A stretch of 64,000 nucleotides of DNA from Candidatus Latescibacterota bacterium (GTDB lineage Bacteria; Latescibacterota; UBA2968; GCA-2709665). The notes beneath the pieces are model-generated. The model was not told the origin of the DNA. It worked only from the letters and a program-made list of their open reading frames with translations, and did not search any database. The translations under genes and the position numbers were made by a program. This document shows, piece by piece, positions 10,519 through 18,222 of the stretch. The stretch lies in contig OZ241917.1 of assembly GCA_965203805.1 (NCBI GenBank), forward strand, positions 2,805,718 through 2,869,717. The letters run 5' to 3'. Within the stretch, counting starts at the first letter, position 1. Each line of letters starts with the position of its first letter.

Positions 10519-11619
10519 ATGGCGAATTACCGCGTGGCAATCATCGGCACGGGCCGGGTGGGATACCAGTTCAGTTTCGGGGACCTGCCGGACAACCACG
10601 CCGATGCGCTCCGGCAACATCCCGCCTGCGAACTGGTGGCGGGCGTGAACCGGGGCCGCGAAAAACTGGAGATCTTCGGGCGGCGATACGGGATCGAGGC
10701 GCTTTACCACGACTACCGGCGGATGCTGGACGAAACGAAGCCGGACATCTGCATTGTGGCCACCCATCCGGAACTGCATTGCGAGATGGTGGAGACATGC
10801 GCCGCGGCGTCCGCCACGAAGGCGATCATCTGCGAAAAGCCGATGGCCCTGTCGGTGGAAGAATGCGACCGGATGATCGAGGCCTGCGACAACGCGGGCA
10901 TCCTGCTGCAGATCAACCACAACCGGCGATGGTCTCCCGAATGGAACCTGGGACTGCAGTTGCTGCGTGACGGCGCGATCGGAGAGCTGAACCACATCTA
11001 CTGCTATATGGATGGCGGCAAGCCGGACCCGTCATGGCGAAGCGAGAACGAGGGTCCGTTTCTGCACGACTTTACCCATTACTTCGACCTGATGGATATG
11101 TACGCCGGCGAGGTGGCCTGGCTGTGCGGGACGGCCGAGCAGCGGATGCGTCCCTGGGCCGTGGAGGATTTCGGCGCCGCGATCATGAAATTCAGGAACG
11201 GTACGACGGGTCTGGTCCACGGCGCCGAGTTGACTACCTATACGGACAACGCATTCGAGTTACGCGGGACCGAGGGCGTGATCCGTTTTCTCGGCGAACG
11301 AGTCCATCTGTACTGCGCGGTAGAGGACGACTACGAACCGGACAGCGGGTTTCAGTGGCATTCCCTGAAGCACACGCCCGTCGACCATCCATCGCCCGCG
11401 TCGACCTACGTTCTGGCGCTGAACGAACTCGTCGATGCGCTGGAGGGCCGAGGGGAATTGCGGAGCGACGGACGGGTGGGGCTGCGATCATTGGAGATGG
11501 TTATGGCGATCTACCAGTCCCAGCTTACGGGCAATCGCCCCGTCCGGTTCCCGCTCGAGGCGCGCGGGTCGGGCGTGGCGGCCCTGCGGGATGCGGGACA
11601 GTTTGTAGATCGACAATGA
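10519..11619 (+). CDS. Gfo/Idh/MocA-family NAD(P)-dependent oxidoreductase
   Basis: Rossmann motif VAIIGTGRVG and the EKP motif (ICEKPMALS). ATG 10519 follows GAGG. ATG 10504 is also possible. Confidence 0.85.
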   Translation: MANYRVAIIGTGRVGYQFSFGDLPDNHADALRQHPACELVAGVNRGREKLEIFGRRYGIEALYHDYRRMLDETKPDICIVATHPELHCEMVETCAAASATKAIICEKPMALSVEECDRMIEACDNAGILLQINHNRRWSPEWNLGLQLLRDGAIGELNHIYCYMDGGKPDPSWRSENEGPFLHDFTHYFDLMDMYAGEVAWLCGTAEQRMRPWAVEDFGAAIMKFRNGTTGLVHGAELTTYTDNAFELRGTEGVIRFLGERVHLYCAVEDDYEPDSGFQWHSLKHTPVDHPSPASTYVLALNELVDALEGRGELRSDGRVGLRSLEMVMAIYQSQLTGNRPVRFPLEARGSGVAALRDAGQFVDRQ

Positions 11620-11647
11620 GCGTTAGACGGCATTCGAAAGGATTGCG

Positions 11648-13483
11648 ATGGCGGAGTCCGAGGTGCGGGGATCGTGGATTGAGTACGATGTGATCGTCCG
11701 GCGGAACGTGATGGTGCCCATGCGGGACGGCGTTAAGCTGGCGACCGATCTGTATTTCCCGGCGAAGCACGGAGACATCGTTCAGGGCGCGTTTCCGGCG
11801 GTAATCGAGCGTACCCCATACGATAAGGAGTCGAAATTCAGCGAAGGGCGGTATCTCGCGCGGAGAGGGTACGTGGCCGTGCGGCAGGACGTCCGGGGAC
11901 GTTTCGAATCGGAAGGCGTGTGGCATCCGTTCGCAAAGGAGGCGCCGGACGGGTACGATACCGTGGAATGGGTGGCCGCGCAGCCCTGGTGCGACGGGAA
12001 CGTGGGTACCATGGGCGGGTCTTACTGTGGAAGCGACCAGAGCGCGCTGGCCACGCTGAATCCGCCCCACCTGAAGGCGATGGTTGTCGCGGTGGGTACG
12101 TCGAACTATCACACCAGTTCGATGCGGCAGAACGGCGCCCTGGAACTGCGGTTCATGATATACGCGTTCCGGATGGCGACAACGAGCAAGGAGGCGCTCG
12201 CGGATGCGGCGCTGAAGGCCGCATTGGATGCGGATTTCGCAAGGGTCGGCGAATGGCTGACGCGGACGCCCTACAGGAAAGGGTCGTCCGCCCTGCGGTT
12301 TCTGCCCACCTATGAACAGTGGGTGCTGGATCTCCTGGGAGAAGGCGACTTCAACGACTATTGGAAGCAGCGGGGATACGCGATCGACCACTACTACGAC
12401 GAACACGCGGACGTGCCCACGATTTATCTGGGCGGGTGGTACGACTCCTACACCCGGGGAACCACGGCGAACTACGTGGCGCTTTCCAAACGGATGGAAT
12501 CCCCGCAGCATCTGCTGATGGGTCCGTGGACCCACGGCGGATGGGGGAACTCCTTCGCGGGCGACGTGGATTTCGGGCAGGATTCCGTCCTGGACGATTA
12601 CGATGGCTACCGGCTGGGCTGGTTCGACAGGTGGCTGAAGGGGATCGAAAACGGCGTCGACCGCGAAAAGCCGGTACGGATATTCGTGATGGGCGGCGGC
12701 GGCGGACGCAGAAACCGGGAGGGGCGACTATCCTATATGGGCGCCTGGCGCGACGTGGATGACTGGCCGCTGCCCGGGACGCGGTTCACGCCGTACTATC
12801 TGCAACCGGACGGCAAGATCGGAGAGGACATGCCGGAACCTTCCGAGCCGAGTCGTTACACGTTCGATCCCCGCGATCCGGTTCCCACGGTCGGCGGCAA
12901 TCTGTCCGCCGGGGATCCAATTCTCGTTGCCGGTGCGTACGACCAGCGAGGCGATTCACGCTTTTACGGATGCAGGGACAGCCTGCCCTTGTCGGCCCGC
13001 GCCGACGTCCTGGTCTTCCAGACGCCAGAGTTAAAGGAACAGCTGGAAGCGACCGGGCCGTTGACCATGAAATTGTGGGCATCTTCCTCCGCGACGGATA
13101 CGGACTTTACGGTCAAACTGATCGACGTGCATCCCCCTAACGAGGACTATCCCGACGGCTTCGCTCAGAATATAACGGACAGCATCGTCAGGGGGCGTTA
13201 TCGACGTTCGCGGGACAAACCCGAATTGATGGCGCCGGGCGAAATCTATGAACTGGAAATCGTCATGTATCCCACCTCAACCGTCTTCGGCGAGGGGCAC
13301 CGGATCCGGCTTGACGTCTCCAGCAGTAATTTCCCCAGATTCGATATCAATCCGAATACGGGGGGCGCGTTGGGGCGGGATCGGCGGGTTGTTCCGGCGG
13401 AGAACGTGATTTATCACGACCCCGACCACCCCTCGCATATTGTCCTGCCCATTATCCCCGGGTGTCAACAGGCAGATGGGTGA
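11648..13483 (+). CDS. CocE/NonD-family (S15 X-Pro dipeptidyl-peptidase-like) hydrolase
   Basis: ERTPYDK motif, nucleophile elbow GTMGGSYCG, and a C-terminal beta-sandwich motif (..HRIRLDVSSSNFPRFD..). Confidence 0.85.
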   Translation: MAESEVRGSWIEYDVIVRRNVMVPMRDGVKLATDLYFPAKHGDIVQGAFPAVIERTPYDKESKFSEGRYLARRGYVAVRQDVRGRFESEGVWHPFAKEAPDGYDTVEWVAAQPWCDGNVGTMGGSYCGSDQSALATLNPPHLKAMVVAVGTSNYHTSSMRQNGALELRFMIYAFRMATTSKEALADAALKAALDADFARVGEWLTRTPYRKGSSALRFLPTYEQWVLDLLGEGDFNDYWKQRGYAIDHYYDEHADVPTIYLGGWYDSYTRGTTANYVALSKRMESPQHLLMGPWTHGGWGNSFAGDVDFGQDSVLDDYDGYRLGWFDRWLKGIENGVDREKPVRIFVMGGGGGRRNREGRLSYMGAWRDVDDWPLPGTRFTPYYLQPDGKIGEDMPEPSEPSRYTFDPRDPVPTVGGNLSAGDPILVAGAYDQRGDSRFYGCRDSLPLSARADVLVFQTPELKEQLEATGPLTMKLWASSSATDTDFTVKLIDVHPPNEDYPDGFAQNITDSIVRGRYRRSRDKPELMAPGEIYELEIVMYPTSTVFGEGHRIRLDVSSSNFPRFDINPNTGGALGRDRRVVPAENVIYHDPDHPSHIVLPIIPGCQQADG

Positions 13484-14402
13484 CGATTCAGAGATCAGAT
13501 ACCGGGATCGAAGAACGGGACGGACGATAACAGAGCCGCAGTCGTACGCATTTTTTCAACGGGTATTCCAATCTTCGATCGTCCTTGGGCTTTTCCATCT
13601 GCTGCTGAATAATTCCGTATTTTGCCGGTTGTACGGATGGTTTCAGGCGCGCCACGGAAGTCGCCGGAAAATCTCCCGTTTCGTGCGGGACTACGGCATC
13701 GACGTGGAAGAGATCGAATATCCCCTGGATCGGTATCCGACCTTCAACGCGTTCTTCACCCGGCGGTTGAAACCCGAAGCCCGACCGTTTGAACCGGAAC
13801 CCGACGCGCTGTCCTGCCCCGCGGACGGGAAAGTCCTGGTCTATCAGCAACTCATCGACGGCGCCCGGATCCCTGTCAAGGGAGCCTCCGTTCCCCTGCA
13901 ACGCCTGCTGGATTCCGAGGAGGATGCGCTTCCCTATCTGCACGGTTCGGCGCTGGTCGTGCGGCTTGCGCCCTACGACTATCACCGGTTCCACTTTCCG
14001 GATTCGGGTACAGCCGCGCCGGCGCGCGTCACCCGCGGGCGGTATTATATCGTCAATCCGCTGGGCCTCGCGCGGGTGCCGGGCGTCTTCTGGCGGAACA
14101 AACGCGCGATTACGAGATTTGATTCGGACGGGTTCGGAAGGATCGCGTACCTGGAAATCGGCGGCTTTGCGGTGGGCAGCATCGTTGAGACGTACACACC
14201 GGGTCCGGTCGACCGGGGTCAGGAGAAGGGTTACTTTCAGTTCGGCGGGTCCACGCTTGTGCTGCTGTTCGAGCCGGGAAGGGTCGTCTTTGACGACGAC
14301 CTGATGGAAGACTCCGGGCGCGGAATCGAAGTACACGTACAGGCGGGCGCGAGGATCGGCGGGCGATCTCAGGATCGAGAAAACGGAACGCGTCAGCCCT
14401 GA
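13476..14402 (+). CDS. psd: phosphatidylserine decarboxylase proenzyme
   Basis: RLAPYDYHRFHFP motif and the self-cleavage region FQFGGSTLVLLFE. ATG 13476 overlaps the upstream stop by 8 nt. The longer ORF from 13440 is unlikely. Confidence 0.85.
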   Translation: MGDDSEIRYRDRRTGRTITEPQSYAFFQRVFQSSIVLGLFHLLLNNSVFCRLYGWFQARHGSRRKISRFVRDYGIDVEEIEYPLDRYPTFNAFFTRRLKPEARPFEPEPDALSCPADGKVLVYQQLIDGARIPVKGASVPLQRLLDSEEDALPYLHGSALVVRLAPYDYHRFHFPDSGTAAPARVTRGRYYIVNPLGLARVPGVFWRNKRAITRFDSDGFGRIAYLEIGGFAVGSIVETYTPGPVDRGQEKGYFQFGGSTLVLLFEPGRVVFDDDLMEDSGRGIEVHVQAGARIGGRSQDRENGTRQP

Positions 14403-14495
14403 GCCGCTCCCTGAGCTTGTCGAAGGGTCGGCGAATGGGTGGCGATTGGCCTATTACGGATTTGTGAAACGCGGGCATTTCGACAAGCCGTTTCG
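14401..14495 (+). repeat. REP-like palindromic intergenic element
   Basis: GAGCCGCTCCCTGAGCTTGTCGAAGGGTCG ... GAAACGCGGGCATTTCGACAAGC carries the same blocks as the 54986 copy. It starts at the psd stop codon. Confidence 0.75.
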
Positions 14496-14545
14496 ACAGG
14501 CTCAACGCAAGCAATGACCACGTTTCATTGAGAAGGGATGAATCG

Positions 14546-14580
14546 GCCTGCCTGCAGCGCAGGGCACTGCGCAGGCAGGC
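14546..14580. terminator. GC-rich hairpin between convergent psd and LamG genes (candidate bidirectional terminator; no U-tract)
   Basis: Perfect 10-bp arms, GCCTGCCTGC (14546-14555) and GCAGGCAGGC (14571-14580), with extra inner pairing. Confidence 0.35.
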
Positions 14581-14646
14581 GGGAGACTGGTGAGATAATT
14601 CTGGGACAGGACGCCAGATCGGGGCCATGTGCTTTTGCGCATGGCC

Positions 14647-16743
14647 TTATTCTTCTTCAGGCCCCAGACGGACGAATTCCCTCGGATTCGAGAGGTTCTG
14701 ATACGTGGCATTGATCCACTGATGTGATCTGGCCGTCGTCGAGATTCGGACCTCATTGATTTCGCCCTGGAACGGCGCCCCGCCGCCCGCGAGCCGGCCG
14801 ATGCTGGTCGGAGTCTGGCTGGACCGGACGGCGCCGGCTGCTTCGACCGAGTCCACGGGCGCGCCGTCAATATAGAGCGTCGTCCGTTCGCCGTCGTATA
14901 CGCCCGACAGATGATGCCGGCCGGGGGTCAGCGTCCTGTTGGCGCGCACGCTCCGGGTGCCGTTTTCCGTATTGATGGTGAAGGTCGGACCCGGCAGCGA
15001 GGCGCAAAGCCCGCCGTTGTGCCCGCATTCGGCATATTTGAGCGCGAAAGAGGCCTCGTCCGCGGTATCGTAGCGCAACACCTTTCCATGGGGCGTGTAT
15101 TCGCGGTCGTCGTTTTCATCCGGGTCTTCGCGCCACGGGGAGAAATACACGTAGCGTCCGTCGAACGCGCCGCCATTGAACCCGCCGGGATTCGGCGGAT
15201 AGGTGAAGACGCCACCGTCGGCGGCATCCCACGCGGCCCTGTCGGTGAAATTCATGCAGGTGTTGTAGCGCAGGACGCGACAGTGGAATCCCCGCTGAGG
15301 CTCGTCGCCCTCGTAGAACGGAATGTAGTAGACGTACTGGCCGTCGAAGGCCGCGCCGTCGTAGCCTTTTGTGTGCAGGCCGGACGTTCCGGCCGCGTTG
15401 TACGCCTCCCAGCTTTCCGGTTCCTTGAAGTCGCCGCGGGTATCGTATCTGACGGCGTTGCTGTGAGCGTAAGGGACGTAGTAGACATAGCGGCCGTCGA
15501 AAACGGCGCCCACGCACATTCCCATGCCGTGACTGCTGGCATCCAGCGCCTGCCATGCGGCCGGATCGTCGAACCCGCCGCGGGTATCGTGACGGAGCAC
15601 GATGCCGCGGTCGTTGAGCGGCGAATAATAGACGTAACGTCCGTCGAAGGTGGCGCCGTCGTAGTTCTTCGACTCCAGTCCGTCGGTATTCCCGGCATCG
15701 TAAACCGCATAGCTCTCCGAATCCGTGAAACCGCCCCGCGTATCGAAACGGACGGCTTTTCCCGTTTCGCCGGAATCACCCTCATATCCGGGCGACAGGT
15801 AGATATATCGACCGTCGTACGCGGCGCTCTGGCAGGCCATCGTCCTCCCGATGTCGTACGCCTTCCAGCTTCCGGGATCACGGAATGCCCCTTCCCGGTT
15901 ATATCGCAGGATGCGGCTGTGCAGGTTCTCGCCATCGGTACGCGGGACAAAGTAGATGTGGTTCCCGGCGTGCACGACGCCGTAGTACCCCTTCGTGTTC
16001 AGGCCGTCCGTGCAGCCCGCGTCGTATCCTTCCCAGCTGGCGGGATCGTCGAACGCTCCCCAGGAGTCGTATCGCAGGACCTGGCCGTGACGGTCCTGCG
16101 ATGCGTTGAGTTGCGGTGCGAAGTACACGTAGCGTCCGTCCGAGACGGCGCCGAAATAACCCCTGGTGTCCAGGCCGTCCGTGTTCCCGGCGTCGTAGGA
16201 CTCGAACCGGTCCATTACCGGTCGCAGCGACCACCTGGACACCAGCACCTGAAAGGCGTCGGAATTCGACTGCTCGCTGTCGATCCAGGCCTCCACGGTG
16301 AGGGCCCGGGCACCGTCGAGCGACTCGGTGCGCGCATCTGTGCTCTGGTGGCGGACCAGTTTGAAATGCGGGTCCCATACACTAGCCGGAGATGAAACCG
16401 GTCCTCCGCCATAACAAAGGTAGAGGCTTTGGGCCCCGGTAAAAGAAGGAATTCTGACCCGCGCCCCGAGAGCGCCGCTTTCGGGATCGTAGGACTCGAT
16501 ACGGTATGGCAGCGCATCGCCTCCGAGCGAGACAAAGTGGATGTCGCCGCCGTCGTCTCCACGAACACGCCCGCCGTTGTCGGCGGATTTGAGTCCATCG
16601 TCGCGCAGGACGACCAGAAGCGGGAAATCCTGAAGATTTCCGACGTCTCCGGCCGGGTTGATGGTGAGTTTTCTGCGGATGGGTTTGCCGGTCTCTTCCA
16701 TTGTATCCTCTCCTGGTCGACGCTGAATCTGTGTTTTGCTCAT
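14647..16743 (-). CDS. DUF2341-like N-terminal domain, about seven 50-60-aa propeller-like repeats, C-terminal LamG/ConA-like domain protein
   Basis: N-terminus FPLLVVLRDDGL..DIHFVS..LPYRIESYD. Repeats have the consensus YDxxxTDGLxTKGYxGAxFDGRYVYFxP..VLRYD. C-terminus HHLSGVYDGERTTLYIDG..FQGEINEVRIS..ARS..WI..YQN. Confidence 0.8.
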   Translation of the reverse strand: MSKTQIQRRPGEDTMEETGKPIRRKLTINPAGDVGNLQDFPLLVVLRDDGLKSADNGGRVRGDDGGDIHFVSLGGDALPYRIESYDPESGALGARVRIPSFTGAQSLYLCYGGGPVSSPASVWDPHFKLVRHQSTDARTESLDGARALTVEAWIDSEQSNSDAFQVLVSRWSLRPVMDRFESYDAGNTDGLDTRGYFGAVSDGRYVYFAPQLNASQDRHGQVLRYDSWGAFDDPASWEGYDAGCTDGLNTKGYYGVVHAGNHIYFVPRTDGENLHSRILRYNREGAFRDPGSWKAYDIGRTMACQSAAYDGRYIYLSPGYEGDSGETGKAVRFDTRGGFTDSESYAVYDAGNTDGLESKNYDGATFDGRYVYYSPLNDRGIVLRHDTRGGFDDPAAWQALDASSHGMGMCVGAVFDGRYVYYVPYAHSNAVRYDTRGDFKEPESWEAYNAAGTSGLHTKGYDGAAFDGQYVYYIPFYEGDEPQRGFHCRVLRYNTCMNFTDRAAWDAADGGVFTYPPNPGGFNGGAFDGRYVYFSPWREDPDENDDREYTPHGKVLRYDTADEASFALKYAECGHNGGLCASLPGPTFTINTENGTRSVRANRTLTPGRHHLSGVYDGERTTLYIDGAPVDSVEAAGAVRSSQTPTSIGRLAGGGAPFQGEINEVRISTTARSHQWINATYQNLSNPREFVRLGPEEE

Positions 16744-16860
16744 CGAACGACGGTCCCTAGTCTGCCGGCCAGATCCACAGCCTGAATTTGGAGACCTGCA
16801 AGCTCTCGCAATCGAATCCCCGCGCTATAAAAACAACACATCAGGCATAAAAGTTCGCAC

Positions 16861-17229
16861 TTATAGATTCAGCGTATGACGGAGAGCCGCATCAACTTTG
16901 GCCATTGGAAGCGATCCAATGACGCGGTCAATTGCCGATTCCACAATTGTGGCAAGATTGTCAGCCATAACTACAGAATCTGTGAGTAGACCCGATTGTT
17001 GTCCTTCGGGGGTGGAAAGTAGAATGGCAACACGGCTCGAGTGATTGGCGCGAAACATCCTGCTGGTAATCATCGCCACGACCACTTGGGATAAACCAGT
17101 CTGAAGATTATCAGATTGAACGATTAATCCCGGACGTGGCTTGGCTGTAAGCAAGTTAGAATCCGGAAAGAGCACTAAGACGACGTCACCGCGACTATAG
17201 GTTGGATTTGGCTGCGTCATAGTTGTCAT
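16861..17229 (-). CDS. MazF/PemK-family type II toxin (endoribonuclease)
   Basis: N-terminal YSRGDVVLVLFP...KPRPGLIVQSD pattern typical of PemK/MazF. It overlaps the upstream antitoxin ORF. Confidence 0.8.
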   Translation of the reverse strand: MTTMTQPNPTYSRGDVVLVLFPDSNLLTAKPRPGLIVQSDNLQTGLSQVVVAMITSRMFRANHSSRVAILLSTPEGQQSGLLTDSVVMADNLATIVESAIDRVIGSLPMAKVDAALRHTLNL

Positions 17230-17455
17230 AAATACTCATTTCCGGGCTTTCCCAGTCTTCGGCAAAGGCCGTCAGGCGTTCGCGCAAATCTGCCGCCTGC
17301 GCCTTGTCAATACCGCGTCCTCGTAAATCGATAGAATGTGTTGGCAGAAATGTGACAATGACGGGCGTATCTTCATGTATATCGCTGGGTAATTCCGGAA
17401 GTTCAATCTTACCGCCGCGATACACTCCTTCAATCGTCGTGAGCATGGGGATCAC
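17195..17455 (-). CDS. type II antitoxin, DUF104/AF2212-like N-terminus
   Basis: The TIEGVYRGGKIELPELPSDIHEDTPVIVTFL pattern, an acidic C-terminal tail, and a position immediately upstream of and overlapping the MazF gene. Confidence 0.65.
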   Translation of the reverse strand: MIPMLTTIEGVYRGGKIELPELPSDIHEDTPVIVTFLPTHSIDLRGRGIDKAQAADLRERLTAFAEDWESPEMSIYDNYDAAKSNL

Positions 17456-17582
17456 TCCTTCTTAATCGATGGTCTGTCAACTGTTCATCCTTATTTCCCG
17501 GTGAACGGTTCTGGCCTGCGGCGAATTATTCACTGTTCCATGATTTTCGCACCAAGGTATTACGTTGGGAATCAACTTAGTA

Positions 17583-18206
17583 TCAAAACGCTTCGTTTGA
17601 AACCAACTTCTTGTAGAAATGCGCCTCCACAGTCTTCAGGCGTGACTGATAAATCGATTTTTCGGTTGGTCCGGTTGAATCAAACACCCGAACAAAAAAG
17701 CGGCATTTTTTCGACTTAGACCTCTCAAACAAGTTGGATGTTGCCGAAAGAAAAGACGCTTCCGAGATGTCCTGATTCATCACAATATTCTGCAATTTCA
17801 GTGCCCGCCGTTCCTCTCTCCGGTGAGGTAGGCCAGTCTCCCTAACGACCAGTCCCTTAGGGGTGAGATTTATGTCGAAAATGTACTCAATGGATTCATC
17901 GTCCCGAACCCAGCAGGACGGAACTTCGGTCCCTTTACCTGCTGATATGGGGCCCTCATGCTCCCGCGCTATCCGCAGAGCATCCCTTACAGAATCGGGA
18001 TCTGGCGAAAATCCGTGCTCTTGCGCGGCTTCCCGAAATTCTTCAAGCCGTTGCCTTGCCTCTTGGTTTTGCACAACCATCAATTGGTTTTGCACAACCA
18101 TCAATATGAGAAGAAACATCGCAAGAATAAAAATAGATGTGATCAGATCCGTAAAAGACGGCCATACATTGAGTGAGGTATCCCTACGAGTTCGTCTCTT
18201 ATTCAT
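17583..18206 (-). CDS. MotB/ExbD/ZorB-like stator subunit: single TM helix with a conserved Asp, and no recognisable OmpA-type peptidoglycan-binding domain
   Basis: Basic N-terminus followed by VWPSFTDLITSIFILAMFLLIL (compare the MotB and ExbD/TolR TM-Asp motif). The start lies 16 nt after the MotA-like gene. Confidence 0.65.
   Translation of the reverse strand: MNKRRTRRDTSLNVWPSFTDLITSIFILAMFLLILMVVQNQLMVVQNQEARQRLEEFREAAQEHGFSPDPDSVRDALRIAREHEGPISAGKGTEVPSCWVRDDESIEYIFDINLTPKGLVVRETGLPHRREERRALKLQNIVMNQDISEASFLSATSNLFERSKSKKCRFFVRVFDSTGPTEKSIYQSRLKTVEAHFYKKLVSNEAF
18064..18105 (-). repeat. perfect 2 x 21-nt in-frame tandem duplication (MVVQNQL/MVVQNQE)
   Basis: TGGTTTTGCACAACCATCAAT occurs at 18064-18084 and again, identically, at 18085-18105. 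Confidence 0.95.
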
Positions 18207-18222
18207 TGCCAGATACCTACCA

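Noticed and set aside
14911-16395. 494-aa + strand ORF inside the LamG/repeat gene
   Set aside because: It is antisense to a gene with clear DUF2341, repeat and LamG signatures. Its repetitive Val/Ala/Gly/Arg content mirrors the repeats on the other strand.
16744-16860. Search for att-like direct repeats at the island ends (GAATCCCC at about 16815 versus GAAATCCCCC at about 31540)
   Set aside because: Only a match of about 7-8 nt was found, which is not distinguishable from chance. No integrase or tRNA gene supports site-specific integration.
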